DNA from: a virus
Lineage: Duplodnaviria > Caudoviricetes
Reading direction: 5' to 3' (one strand)
Virus record (IMG/VR): IMGVR_UViG_3300023218_000070
Span: 1 to 48,652 of that record
DNA: 48,652 bases
The notes under the pieces were generated by a model that was given only the letters and a program-made list of their open reading frames with translations, ran no database searches and had not been told where the DNA came from. The number at the start of each line of letters is the position of its first letter. Within the stretch, counting starts at the first letter, position 1. The position numbers and the translations under genes were made by a program. This document shows, piece after piece, positions 1 to 9,882 of the stretch.

Positions 1-127
1 GCACTCACCTCTGCTGGGCTGCGACCCAACAAAAGTTGGGAGTCAGCGGAGTCAGCGGAGTCAGCCCCCAAAAATCCGCGTTTCAAGCCTGTGAGGGCCG
101 ATTTGCGCGACTCCCAGCTGACTTCCA
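1..127. repeat. Right part of the duplicated ~269-bp iteron/inverted-repeat element (terminal copy)
   Basis: 1-127 is identical to 26233-26359 by direct comparison. Confidence 0.95.
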
Positions 128-149
128 GAAGATATTCTCCCGTATTTGG

Positions 150-178
150 TTGCCAAGTTGGGAGTCAGATTGCATACT
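150..178 (+). promoter_or_regulatory. Sigma70-type promoter TTGCCA-N17-CATACT
   Basis: TTGCCA at 150-155, 17-nt spacer, CATACT at 173-178. The same hexamers and spacing recur at 29768-29796, 46778-46806 and 48480-48508 on the minus strand. It lies just upstream of the 202 ATG. Confidence 0.8.
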
Positions 179-201
179 TGGAGTAGGAAGGATGGTGAGT
201 G

Positions 202-450
202 ATGGACTACCAGGTTGTTGTACTGAACGGAAACGTGCCGGAGATCGACGAAGAGTTCCAGATCCACCGAAAGGGATGCCGTGACGTGAAGCGGTTGCGT
301 CGATTCCACGTCAACGTATATACCGCCCGGGGAGATTCCCCAGAAGCGGTCCGGGATATGGAGGCTGCGGAGATGGCAGACATGGATTACCTGCCCGAAC
401 ACTTCCGCATCATGCCTTGTTGCAGGGAGTCTCCGGTGGGGAAAGGTTAG
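202..450 (+). CDS. Hypothetical protein (the only convincing plus-strand gene)
   Basis: ORF directly downstream of a promoter-family copy, with purine-rich GGAAGGATGG upstream. It converges on the stop of 447..2024. Alternative GTG start at 199. Confidence 0.65.
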   Translation: MDYQVVVLNGNVPEIDEEFQIHRKGCRDVKRLRRFHVNVYTARGDSPEAVRDMEAAEMADMDYLPEHFRIMPCCRESPVGKG

Positions 451-2024
451 CGCAGTGACCTCCAGCCCTGCTTCTGCATAGTAACTATCGATCGCTTGCC
501 CGTGGGATAGGTGATGATGTGACTGTGAGACCAGCTACTTGGCCCTGAGTTGTACTTCAGGTCCAATTCACAAGACACACCAGCCGCGTACAAGCCGTCC
601 CAGATGCCTGCCGAATGGCAGTGGCCGATGTTGGATCTCCGGCCTACCAGCCGAAGCTGACGAGGGCTACCTCGTCTTCCATCGACGCCTAGGTGGCCAT
701 GCATCCCACACTCCACACCCGCGACAATGAAAGACTCATCCTCCAGCAGGAATCTTGCTGTACCCTTTGGGAGGCCAACTAGTTCGAGGGCGTGCTTGAG
801 GGCATGGAACCTGCGCCCATCGCGCGCCGCTTCGTACCAGGCCAAGTTCAGTTGGAGCCAAATGATCGCATTCGCCGGGTCGGATCGCCCGTCCTGTTCC
901 CGCATCCACCGTTCCAGCCATGGTCTGTCGTGATTTGAGTCAACCACGATCGTGTCAACGTCTTCGCGCGCTATTGATCGGAGGAAGTCCGAGCAGCCCG
1001 CCAACTCATGCTCAAGACTCGACCATCCATGCCCACGGATATACCTCATGTACTGCTCGTGTAGGTTGCGGGTTGAGTGGGGGTTGCTTACGGATCCCAG
1101 CATGACGTCGTGTGCGAATTGATATCTGGGCCGTAGCGCATCAAGCATGTCGTGCATTTCAGATTCGACGTCTGGGTCGAGCAGCAAAGCATGAGCATCA
1201 CCCCACGTGATGGCCTCTACGCGCTGCCCTGTGCGGACCGTGCCATTCTTCACTACGACGTCCAAGTCCTGCATCACACCGTCGTCTGTGCAATGCAGCT
1301 GCCGCACCCACCACCCATTGGGCTTGGCCTCTACGATCAGTCCTCCGTAGGTATGGTGATGCTCGGCCCGGAGTCCTGCCCTCTTTGGTACATAGTTGCG
1401 TTTCGTCACACATCCCGTGGTGTATGTGTGTTTGGCAGGCACGCCTTTCACGCCTGCCGCGATGCTCCGCATGGCGATCTTGGCATGAGGGAAAATCGCC
1501 GAAGCCTGCCCGCTGTAGGTTTCGAAACCGGCCAAGGGATCTACCGCTGTTGGCAGGATGTTCATCTCCCCGCACCACTGCAATCCGGGTGCAAGTTCCA
1601 GACGTTCATCACGGATATAGGGTTCGATATGCGGGTCGTACCAAAGATCCTTCTCCTTAGGGGCGTCTTTGCCCCTCTTGGTAGAGAGCTTGCCGTACGC
1701 TCCCCGGTTGTACGAGAATGTACCGACCAGGATCTCCGCTCCCAGGTGATCGGCCAAGGCCTGAAGATTCCGCCATGTCTCTTTGTGGATGTAGGTGTTA
1801 TTCTGGGCGGATGTGATGATGTAGGTGCGTCCCTCTTCCGGGACAGGCATCTCGGTGGGCTGCATCGCTGCTACCCGTCCCTCAGCAATCGGGTTGCTAC
1901 GGCCTACGCCTGCGGCCCGGAGACGATCGTGCGCTGTCGAGCGGGCAATTCCCAGTTCTCGCGCAGCAGCAGCGATGTTGCCACCGTTCCGGTGGTATGC
2001 AGCGATCAGTTCATCATTCGACAT
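447..2024 (-). CDS. N-terminal Fis-like HTH fused to a calcineurin-like metallophosphoesterase-type domain
   Basis: GGNIAAAARELGIARST HTH; metal-ligand-like motifs WGDAH, HDVM, DSNHD, HGH and GHCH. Confidence 0.7.
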   Translation of the reverse strand: MSNDELIAAYHRNGGNIAAAARELGIARSTAHDRLRAAGVGRSNPIAEGRVAAMQPTEMPVPEEGRTYIITSAQNNTYIHKETWRNLQALADHLGAEILVGTFSYNRGAYGKLSTKRGKDAPKEKDLWYDPHIEPYIRDERLELAPGLQWCGEMNILPTAVDPLAGFETYSGQASAIFPHAKIAMRSIAAGVKGVPAKHTYTTGCVTKRNYVPKRAGLRAEHHHTYGGLIVEAKPNGWWVRQLHCTDDGVMQDLDVVVKNGTVRTGQRVEAITWGDAHALLLDPDVESEMHDMLDALRPRYQFAHDVMLGSVSNPHSTRNLHEQYMRYIRGHGWSSLEHELAGCSDFLRSIAREDVDTIVVDSNHDRPWLERWMREQDGRSDPANAIIWLQLNLAWYEAARDGRRFHALKHALELVGLPKGTARFLLEDESFIVAGVECGMHGHLGVDGRRGSPRQLRLVGRRSNIGHCHSAGIWDGLYAAGVSCELDLKYNSGPSSWSHSHIITYPTGKRSIVTMQKQGWRSLR

Positions 2025-2033
2025 GGTAAGTCC

Positions 2034-2294
2034 TCACGATGAGAGAAGTTGGCGAACGCCCAACCAGAGCGAAGCAATCGCTCCTGCCACCAAGGTAGTG
2101 ACAATCGTCAGTGTGATCTTTCCTCGTACCATTTCCGATCCCTGTCGCCATTCCCGGACGAAGGTGAAATCGCGCCGGAGTTCAAACGTGTCTGTTGCAT
2201 CGACACCAATGTCATGCAGAACCCTTCTGGTTACACGTTCGACGAGTTGTTCGAGTTCCTTCTCGGTGACTGTGAGTGTCTTTTCCTCAGACAT
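2034..2294 (-). CDS. Small membrane protein with one C-terminal TM helix; holin-like by position
   Basis: Hydrophobic ITLTIVTTLVAGAIASLWLGV; follows the last tail gene. Confidence 0.55.
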   Translation of the reverse strand: MSEEKTLTVTEKELEQLVERVTRRVLHDIGVDATDTFELRRDFTFVREWRQGSEMVRGKITLTIVTTLVAGAIASLWLGVRQLLSS

Positions 2295-2302
2295 GCTTAT
2301 TC

Positions 2303-5080
2303 CTATGCGACAAAGATCGCGAATGCCCCTTCAGGGTTCGACGGAGCGATAACTTCCACGATGGTCTCGTCCCGTGTACTCCCAAAGTCTAGTCCGGTGG
2401 CACGCACCTCCACGATGTCGCCAGCTGTAACTGAGGATAGCGTGCCCGTAGATGCGCCGGAAGCGATCACCTGCTGCCACGCTCCTCCATTGATGCGGGC
2501 TTCTATCGTGCCGCCGCTGTTCGTTGTGCCGATATCGAAGCCGTAATCCCCCGTGTCGGGCGCAGTCCATGAGCTGGAGATGTCTCCGGCTTGCAATACG
2601 CCGAAGAAGAAATAGCCCGATAGGTCTGAACTGACCGGGAACGTGTGCGAGGAAGGCTGAAGCGCGTCGAAGTCGTCGCCCCCAATCATGTGTCGGGTCT
2701 CGACGTCCGCCCGGAGTTCAGAAGGTACCCCTCCGCTGAAACGCAGTACCTTGGTGCGATCAATGAAGACGGTATTAGCCCCACCGTTGAAGTTCTCAGC
2801 GAAAAGTTCCATTCCAGACTCAAATACCCTGACTCGATAGATGGTTGTATTGTTCGATGGTGCCGCGTCACCTTCCAAGTGACGGGCATTCTCCTGGTCC
2901 TCGTCAAAGTCCCGCCTGATGAAGCCAACCGAGATGCCTGAGTCATCCAGGCTGCCATTCGCGTCTAGGGAAACGGGATTGGTGGGATACTCTACCGACC
3001 CGTTCATCGTCAGTCCAATTGGGGGGTACGGCCGAAGATGTCGATCTTGCATGACGGCTTGCAGCGTCTGAGCATCGGCTTCATCGAGTTGCGTGTCTTC
3101 GGATCTAGGGATCAACTTGACATCAACAACATCGCCGTTCTGGAATGTGCGGTCACCAATCCCGCCACCAAGTAGAAGCAAAAAGACATCAGCACCAGCT
3201 TCGTGCGAAGCAGCCGCGCTATCCAGCACTCCTCTAAACACATTCTCGATGTCGTTCCCGCTGCCCGCCCCGACCAGCATGAACTCATCATCAACCAAGA
3301 TCAGTTGGCTCAGTCGTCGGCCATTGATCACGTCATCCACGGCTTCAAAGACATCGACCATGTCCGGATCTGGGATCAATGTAATGGCTGTGTTGGTGGT
3401 GGAGGCTGGTAGATTCGCCGCGAGCGTGCCAATCCGCAGGAAACTCTGCACGGTTCGTTCCGTGACGAATGGGTCAGTCCCAGTCCTAGTGCGAATCCCG
3501 AACTCAACAGCTCCATCGCCTTGATTCCTGGCTCCAGCCCAGACCCGGTTCGGAAGGCCGTTTGTGATAAAGTCAGGATCAAGTTCGATGAACTTCTTCG
3601 GTGCCTCGAATGCCACGCTCTCGTCGGTGGGAATCGGCACAACCTGATTGAATGGAGGCTCCCATCTCGTGCCTTGTGGTGGTGCGAACGACCCATCGGC
3701 AATCGCGAAGACGTCCTGGATAAGAGAAAGACGGATTACGCCATCTGTCAAAGATCCAGTGTCTACCTGCGTGACCCGCATCACCAGGTCCTCTACGCCG
3801 AGGGTGGTGGCAGTAATCTTGACGGGATCCCCGGGCACTGCATTCCAGAACTCGCGATTTACGGTGATCGTTGCCTTTGCCAGTGGGAAAGCCAGCACTC
3901 GCAGTTCCCGCCAGGCAAGGATGTTTGCCAGTGTTGCATTCTTGACACCAGGGAACCGTAGGTTCGACTTAGCCAATCCGCGGATTCTCATTGACGCCAT
4001 ATCCTGCGCCATGGCATAGGTGCCGAAATAGTCTAGGTCGCGATCGACGAACTGGAACGTGACAAAGTTGGTCGTGTCAGCCCAAGCGCCGCGCGTGAAC
4101 TCTTCGATCTCAACCAGGTTCGTCTCGTCGATCTGCGGGATCGTTTCGATGTCGAAGTCATCACGCACAAGTTGGATTCGCCATTTGCCCGTGGCAGGGT
4201 CGATGAATACCGTACCATCAATCTGCTCCTGGATCAACTCCACGATCCGCCCGAGTTCGGTGGGCTGATCTACGATCATGGAAAATCCGTTCCCTTCGTT
4301 CTGAAGGGTAGTGGCCGCAGCATTGAAGGTGGCGATGTCGATGTCCGCTGTGGGGAAGCCCAGTCCCCACTCGTCGTTTGTCAGAATCTCGAAAAGCACG
4401 AATGCCGGATTTGAATCGGCATCTCCGTTTACGCCCAACGCAGCCCCGCTTGGGCCGCGTGCCAACCTCCGCACCTCGAAAGACCAGGGCTGAATCTGAG
4501 TATTCGTGCCAATGAATCCCTGCTCCCAGACGCAATATGCGGTACCTCGGTACGCGGGCGTGTCGCCGCCTTGCTGCTGGAACTGAGATAGGTAGGCACT
4601 GGCTTCCTGTGATTCGGTGCCTCGGAAGAACGCCAGTGTACCCTGAACCCCACCCTGCCCGAGATCTTCGCCTCCGAACAACTCAGGTTCGTCGATGAAG
4701 ATGTCGGCCTCTGAAGAGACATCACCTTCCCAAGCGAGTTTGTCACCTGCCCAGATGCGGAAGATATTGTCCAGCGGTCCTCGCGAGAGGGCAAACTGGA
4801 TTCCGATAAAGAAACGGAATCCGACAGTCACACCGCCGCCGAACAGGCCACCGCCGCGTTTGATTGCTTCACGCCGGAGATCGCCATACCATACGACATT
4901 CGGCCCTTGTAATTTCACGGTCCCCCATACCAACGGAACCACTCGTTCCTCGGTCGCTGTAGGGAATCGAAAATCTCCCAGGCTGGGTGCCTTCGCGCCT
5001 TGATTGTCTGGCTTTGGGCGGAGGATCTGGCTCAACAGTGATAGTCCAGCCAGCAGGAACATTGTGATGAAGAACCCCAT
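2303..5080 (-). CDS. Central tail tip/hub protein (Phage-tail_3, J-like host-specificity protein)
   Basis: 925 aa; N-terminal FPTATEERVVPLVWGTVKLQGPNVVWYGD, plus PAYRG and DSNPAFVLFEILTNDEWGLG; last large tail gene. Confidence 0.85.
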   Translation of the reverse strand: MGFFITMFLLAGLSLLSQILRPKPDNQGAKAPSLGDFRFPTATEERVVPLVWGTVKLQGPNVVWYGDLRREAIKRGGGLFGGGVTVGFRFFIGIQFALSRGPLDNIFRIWAGDKLAWEGDVSSEADIFIDEPELFGGEDLGQGGVQGTLAFFRGTESQEASAYLSQFQQQGGDTPAYRGTAYCVWEQGFIGTNTQIQPWSFEVRRLARGPSGAALGVNGDADSNPAFVLFEILTNDEWGLGFPTADIDIATFNAAATTLQNEGNGFSMIVDQPTELGRIVELIQEQIDGTVFIDPATGKWRIQLVRDDFDIETIPQIDETNLVEIEEFTRGAWADTTNFVTFQFVDRDLDYFGTYAMAQDMASMRIRGLAKSNLRFPGVKNATLANILAWRELRVLAFPLAKATITVNREFWNAVPGDPVKITATTLGVEDLVMRVTQVDTGSLTDGVIRLSLIQDVFAIADGSFAPPQGTRWEPPFNQVVPIPTDESVAFEAPKKFIELDPDFITNGLPNRVWAGARNQGDGAVEFGIRTRTGTDPFVTERTVQSFLRIGTLAANLPASTTNTAITLIPDPDMVDVFEAVDDVINGRRLSQLILVDDEFMLVGAGSGNDIENVFRGVLDSAAASHEAGADVFLLLLGGGIGDRTFQNGDVVDVKLIPRSEDTQLDEADAQTLQAVMQDRHLRPYPPIGLTMNGSVEYPTNPVSLDANGSLDDSGISVGFIRRDFDEDQENARHLEGDAAPSNNTTIYRVRVFESGMELFAENFNGGANTVFIDRTKVLRFSGGVPSELRADVETRHMIGGDDFDALQPSSHTFPVSSDLSGYFFFGVLQAGDISSSWTAPDTGDYGFDIGTTNSGGTIEARINGGAWQQVIASGASTGTLSSVTAGDIVEVRATGLDFGSTRDETIVEVIAPSNPEGAFAIFVA

Positions 5081-5895
5081 CAGTCGATCCCCACCTCAAA
5101 GAGATTTCTCAACGGAACGAAAGCAAAGCCGCCGTAATTGACGACGTTGTTGAACTTATCCTTGCAAGTTGGCAGGGTGTGATCGCAGCCGGCAAAGATT
5201 GTCACCTCCGACCCGACGACGTTGCCAGCGAATGGCAGCAGTAGGTCCAGGGTATTGCCGATGTGACGAAGGATCAGCCGGAAATCACCATTCGCCAAGC
5301 GAGCGAAACCCCCGTTGTAGAAGCCGTCCACCTCATTTGACGCAATGGGTACGATCACGCTGCTCCCATCTGCGCCGCTGATGTTGTCAGTCGCCGAGAA
5401 GTCTTCCTCGACCACCTTGCACCTCGAATCATAGAGGACGTGGTTGCAGAGACCCTGGAATGTGAATCGTGGGGCTTCAGCAGATAGACCTTCGGTCAAC
5501 GGTGCAACTACCAGCGTCGCTCGCCCCCCGTCCACTGCGTAGCCGACCGTTCGGACAATGCCCTTGAAGATGACGACCGTTTCCGGTACAATCGGATTCG
5601 CATCGTTTCGATGAAGTCTGCGGATGGTCAGAGTCAGCTGCTGCCCCGGAACGATCCCGACGAACTGATCGGCAGGCGGCAACGCCCTGGGCATCGTGAC
5701 CTGCACCACATCCTGCCGAATCTCAGGACCGAAGCTCAGTGCGCTGCGGGAGATTTCAGCCGGGATGAAAGTCAGGCCAGAGACCAATACGGCTTCCCCG
5801 GTGGTATACGCAAACGTCGTACCTCCCAGGTTGAACTCGTACAGCTCAATTGGCTGACCGCTCGCTTGGCTAAGTTCAAAGTCCGTGAATGCCAT
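5080..5895 (-). CDS. DUF2163/BR0599-family tail tip protein (Cys-ligated Fe-S type)
   Basis: CNHVLYDSRC and C-terminal GCDHTLPTCKDKFNNVVNYGGF. Confidence 0.88.
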   Translation of the reverse strand: MAFTDFELSQASGQPIELYEFNLGGTTFAYTTGEAVLVSGLTFIPAEISRSALSFGPEIRQDVVQVTMPRALPPADQFVGIVPGQQLTLTIRRLHRNDANPIVPETVVIFKGIVRTVGYAVDGGRATLVVAPLTEGLSAEAPRFTFQGLCNHVLYDSRCKVVEEDFSATDNISGADGSSVIVPIASNEVDGFYNGGFARLANGDFRLILRHIGNTLDLLLPFAGNVVGSEVTIFAGCDHTLPTCKDKFNNVVNYGGFAFVPLRNLFEVGID

Positions 5896-5898
5896 ATA

Positions 5899-7275
5899 TC
5901 ACTCATCAAATACGGTAAGAACCGGAAACGTAGTACGCGCTTGACCAGCTGGATCCAGGTGAGTGATACGGATCTCATCCGTAGCCGATCGCACCAGTTC
6001 CACGTAGTCGATTCTATCGACTTCTTCTGTGGGAATGTCCTCTGGCCACGGGAGATCAACCGTGATCTGCTCAGTGGAATCATCAACTTCAAGCACCGTG
6101 GAAACGAACCTGGTCAGAATTGACCCGTCCGTCTTGCGAACCCGAATCAAGTTGCGTGACGGCGCACGTCCCTTGGTGAATTCGGCGAACCCAACGTTAT
6201 CGACTTGGAGTAGAGTGCTACCGCTAATCAAGTCACCAGACGGAACCAGTTCATCAAAGAATGTTGGCAAGAAGAACGATTCCTGCCTACCACGGAGATC
6301 GTGCAACAGCCGCCGCACTGCCCACAAATCTTCGCGATTCGTTGTCACGAACCCCTTGGCCGAAGCTCGTTTGGATGTCGGCCATGGCGAAACCTGGGAT
6401 CGTTTACCCGTCTCATTATCCAACTCGATCAATCTGCGTTGGAGCGTCACTGACAGCCTTCGACCTACGGCATTGGGGCCATCAAGTAGGACCTTACCCT
6501 CAAGAGTAGGGAATGCACTGGAGTCGGCGAAACCCTCACCGACGTCATTGTCCTGCACGAGGAACCGGATGGATAGCTCCTCGTCGTTTACTGGGGCGAG
6601 GCTTCCCTGGATTAGTTCTCGGGCATTGACTCTCCGCGCTGGGTATACAGTCGTCCCTGCCGGGAAAGCATTCCTCAGTGGCGTACTGAAAGATACCTGC
6701 AACGCATCGATCTCTGTCACGTCAATGATATTGGAGATTCCATCGGATCGCAGCAAGATAGCCAGTCCGCCAATGCGCAGATCTGCGAAATCGATGGATG
6801 TCAAGTCGATGCTCGTGTCTTCCACCTCACCGCCTGAGGCGAGCGCTAACGGCTCGGTCCAGACCGGCAGCACTAGTTCCTCATCCTGCTTATCGTAAAG
6901 GATATTCTCCAGCCGTCGCCGATCCTTGCCCTCCAGTCGATAAGTCAGTTCAAAGATCTGCCTTGGGTTCTTACGCAAAGAGATCCTCTGTTCCGAACCA
7001 TCAAGAACTTCGATGATTTCTGTGAGGAACTCAAGGATCTCAGCAATCGGCGCTTCCGGCACGATTGTCAACGCTGTGCCCAGGTTGGGGGTCGGGTCAA
7101 CAAGCCTTGTCCCCAGGACGTCAAATCCAGTGGTGATGACGAAAGGATCGGGAGGACGCGCCAATCGCCAAGTGAGTGGTGGTGCATCCTGACCGGGCGG
7201 GACATGCCGATCAGCACCAAGACTACCAAGTAGCCCAGATCTATCATCGATGAAGCTATGTAGATCCGCCACCAA
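5899..7275 (-). CDS. Virion structural protein (distal tail region)
   Basis: EILEFLTEIIEVLDGSEQRISLRKNPRQ and LRGRQESFFLPT motifs typical of YuA-like tail proteins; synteny. Confidence 0.7.
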   Translation of the reverse strand: MVADLHSFIDDRSGLLGSLGADRHVPPGQDAPPLTWRLARPPDPFVITTGFDVLGTRLVDPTPNLGTALTIVPEAPIAEILEFLTEIIEVLDGSEQRISLRKNPRQIFELTYRLEGKDRRRLENILYDKQDEELVLPVWTEPLALASGGEVEDTSIDLTSIDFADLRIGGLAILLRSDGISNIIDVTEIDALQVSFSTPLRNAFPAGTTVYPARRVNARELIQGSLAPVNDEELSIRFLVQDNDVGEGFADSSAFPTLEGKVLLDGPNAVGRRLSVTLQRRLIELDNETGKRSQVSPWPTSKRASAKGFVTTNREDLWAVRRLLHDLRGRQESFFLPTFFDELVPSGDLISGSTLLQVDNVGFAEFTKGRAPSRNLIRVRKTDGSILTRFVSTVLEVDDSTEQITVDLPWPEDIPTEEVDRIDYVELVRSATDEIRITHLDPAGQARTTFPVLTVFDE

Positions 7276-8293
7276 TGATCTTCCGGTATGCGATAAAGAG
7301 GTTCCTACTCACGCCACTTCGGTCATTACTGCCTTCGTCGAGTGTTTTTCGTGCATGCGGAAAGACTTGATAAGTATCACTGCCGATAGTAAATTCATCC
7401 GCAGGATGATAGTTGCGCCCATTGAAGATGGCAACGTCGGGCTGAAACCCCATTAGATATGCCTCTGGTGGAGAAACAGAGACGTCTGTGTAAAAAATCC
7501 CGAGCGGTGAAAGCGGCAGGAATCCTTGCCCAGCATCGGCTGTCATCTGAAGGAATACTGTGCCGAACACGCCACCTGGAGCGCCGCCATCAAATCGCAC
7601 GCGGGGGTTCCCCGCTCGATCGGCACCCATCTCGGAGATTGTGTCTTGGACCAGGAAGACTCCCCACTTGGATGTGGGATCCTGATTCGGTAGGCCCTCT
7701 GCGTGAATAGTTGCGAATGATTCCCGGCTTAGTGTTGAAGTGCCGCTAGATGCGAGTAGGCAATCGTAGTTATCCGCTTTCGGATCAGGGATTCGCGCTG
7801 TGTGGGCGTAGCAATACTCTCCGCCGGTCCAGTCCCACGATTTGTCCAAGGTGCCAAACCCAAAGTGGCGAAACCGTCCGGGAGAGAATTCCAGTACAAT
7901 GTGTACGTAGTCACCATCGCCGTAGAACCAGTAACTCTCGTACGGCCCAGACCCGATATTGGCGATCGCCCTCTCCTGGAGGATGGTACTGTCAGACCAG
8001 AACTCGGATGGTTCGCTATCCTCACCATTACCGCTATCTTCAGGATGCTCCCACTGATCAACCTGGCCGTCGAATCCCAAAGATTGATACATGCTAATAT
8101 GGTTGGCCTCTCCTTCATTCCACGCGAAGTGGATGTGATTCGAGCCTTTCGCCAAAGACAATTGACCATCGGTACCGCCGAAGCCGGTATCGAGTGTGAG
8201 CCGATTCTCAGTCCAACCCAGCAGCTGTGCAAATGAAGAGAGCGATGCCATCAAGTCATTCATGCTTGTAGGCGTGTTGGTCTCGAATGCCAT
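7256..8293 (-). CDS. Virion structural protein (tail)
   Basis: Long ORF in the tail block, coupled to its neighbours; N-terminus resembles that of 8293..9882. Confidence 0.7.
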   Translation of the reverse strand: MAFETNTPTSMNDLMASLSSFAQLLGWTENRLTLDTGFGGTDGQLSLAKGSNHIHFAWNEGEANHISMYQSLGFDGQVDQWEHPEDSGNGEDSEPSEFWSDSTILQERAIANIGSGPYESYWFYGDGDYVHIVLEFSPGRFRHFGFGTLDKSWDWTGGEYCYAHTARIPDPKADNYDCLLASSGTSTLSRESFATIHAEGLPNQDPTSKWGVFLVQDTISEMGADRAGNPRVRFDGGAPGGVFGTVFLQMTADAGQGFLPLSPLGIFYTDVSVSPPEAYLMGFQPDVAIFNGRNYHPADEFTIGSDTYQVFPHARKTLDEGSNDRSGVSRNLFIAYRKIIGGGST

Positions 8294-9882
8294 TAGGCTT
8301 CCTCCACTGCAAAGTGCGCGTAGCTAGCGGTGTTGCCTCCCATTCGAAACACACGCATGAATCTACTCCCTGACTGGATGCGATCACCTACCTGGAGGCT
8401 ACCCTCCCGATTCACCCAAAACAACCCCCTCAATGCTCCAAGCGGACGCTTGCTGACTGGATCCTCCCGCTGGTTGGGCGCGTTTTCACCCAGATCGCGA
8501 AGAAGTAGGCAAGGCACAGGCCAATACGTACTGCCTTCGACAGAATCGGGGGACGGAAGCAGTCGGATTTCTGAAGCCCCTACTCTCGTAGATGGGATGA
8601 AAGATCGAAAACTGAGCCCCAGATCGGGATCATTGAGTTCATCAATCGGATCCATCCCCTCCTGCGTAACTCTTCCGCAAGGATATATGGGGTAGATTTG
8701 CTGGATATTGCCAATTGTCGACGAACCCTGCCCATTCCTCACTGACTTCCAGGACGCATCACCTTCGCGCCAGAACCCTGGCCCCTTGTCGATGCTCCCA
8801 CTGGTTACAGGTGCTGCTGTCGGGTCTGCTGGCCCTCTCGATGCCAATCCTGCCGATGCTAGGTTGATGTTGAACCTTGACGAACTTCCGCATACCAGCA
8901 TGGGGTAGGGGATTTCAGCGTCCGTGCCGAACGCATCCACAAGCCCAAGGTAAGCGGATTGCTGATTGCCGCCCGCATCAACCACCACGATGATGCGATC
9001 AGTGGTGGCAGCAAACCAGAAAGACATCGTAGACGTGGACAGCAGCAAAGCTGCGCCATTCTCGTTCTTGAAGTCGTTTCGCCCAGGGGAGATGCCAGGC
9101 TGCGATTCCCAATCACTAGTCCCGTTCCATCCCGTGAATCCAGCGAGTTCCCACAGAACCTGATCTTCGTCAGCGGAGAAGCCCGACCGTGCGCCGACCA
9201 CTACGCCGTTGCTACTCTCCCACAGGTACTCATCTCGGACAGGGATCCATTTTGGCCTAATCTCCAAGCCTGATCCTGAGCCCCCGGTGGTGCTTTCTGT
9301 GCCCCCGATCGCCCCAGCAGTTTCGTAATCACCCTCATCTTCGAGGCTGATTGAGATTACATCACTGTTGCTGAATAGTGCTTTGTCGGTGAAATCGATG
9401 CGAAACTGGGCCTTCTTTGTGGAAGGCACTGTATCGGCTAGCGTTACGATGTCGCCATCCACATAGCCACTGCCGTTATTGTCGACGAATCCATCACTAA
9501 CCACCACCCTGGACGTGGCGCTGGAGATGTTTCGGATTCGGTTCAACCAGCCAGTGTCCGCGACGGTCAAGCTGAAGGAAGCTCCACTCCCTGTGCCGCC
9601 CGTGGCTAGATTCCCAGAAGTCGGTGGGTCAGCAGAATATGCCCCGGCATCGAAGACTCGAATGCCGGTGATGTCGCCTGTAGCTCCGATGGATGTAACT
9701 TCTAGCCGTGCTATCATTCCTCCCACCACTGTCCCTCCGGCAACAGTAAGTTGATCACCGGTGGAATAGCCCGCACCTGGCGAGTCGATAACTACGGTGG
9801 CTACGTGCCTATTGGTTAGGAACTGGTCGAGCTTGTCCAGTAGGTCTCTGTAATCGCTGGATGTACCTCGCGTAAAAGCCAT
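8293..9882 (-). CDS. Virion structural protein (tail) with two internal Gly-rich beta-domain repeats
   Basis: Directly follows the tape measure gene; repeats G(A/S)GYxxGDxxT...GxY...GGxGSG. Confidence 0.72.
   Translation of the reverse strand: MAFTRGTSSDYRDLLDKLDQFLTNRHVATVVIDSPGAGYSTGDQLTVAGGTVVGGMIARLEVTSIGATGDITGIRVFDAGAYSADPPTSGNLATGGTGSGASFSLTVADTGWLNRIRNISSATSRVVVSDGFVDNNGSGYVDGDIVTLADTVPSTKKAQFRIDFTDKALFSNSDVISISLEDEGDYETAGAIGGTESTTGGSGSGLEIRPKWIPVRDEYLWESSNGVVVGARSGFSADEDQVLWELAGFTGWNGTSDWESQPGISPGRNDFKNENGAALLLSTSTMSFWFAATTDRIIVVVDAGGNQQSAYLGLVDAFGTDAEIPYPMLVCGSSSRFNINLASAGLASRGPADPTAAPVTSGSIDKGPGFWREGDASWKSVRNGQGSSTIGNIQQIYPIYPCGRVTQEGMDPIDELNDPDLGLSFRSFIPSTRVGASEIRLLPSPDSVEGSTYWPVPCLLLRDLGENAPNQREDPVSKRPLGALRGLFWVNREGSLQVGDRIQSGSRFMRVFRMGGNTASYAHFAVEEA

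Noticed and set aside
36-402. ORFs 36-284 and 61-402, and their counterparts at 26109-26603
   Set aside because: They are translations of the repeat element (GVSGVSGVS, SADSADS) with no coding support.
7406-7434. Internal promoter TTGCCA-N17-TATCAT in a tail gene
   Set aside because: A good match, but it lies inside a late structural CDS with no independent support; not listed as a feature.
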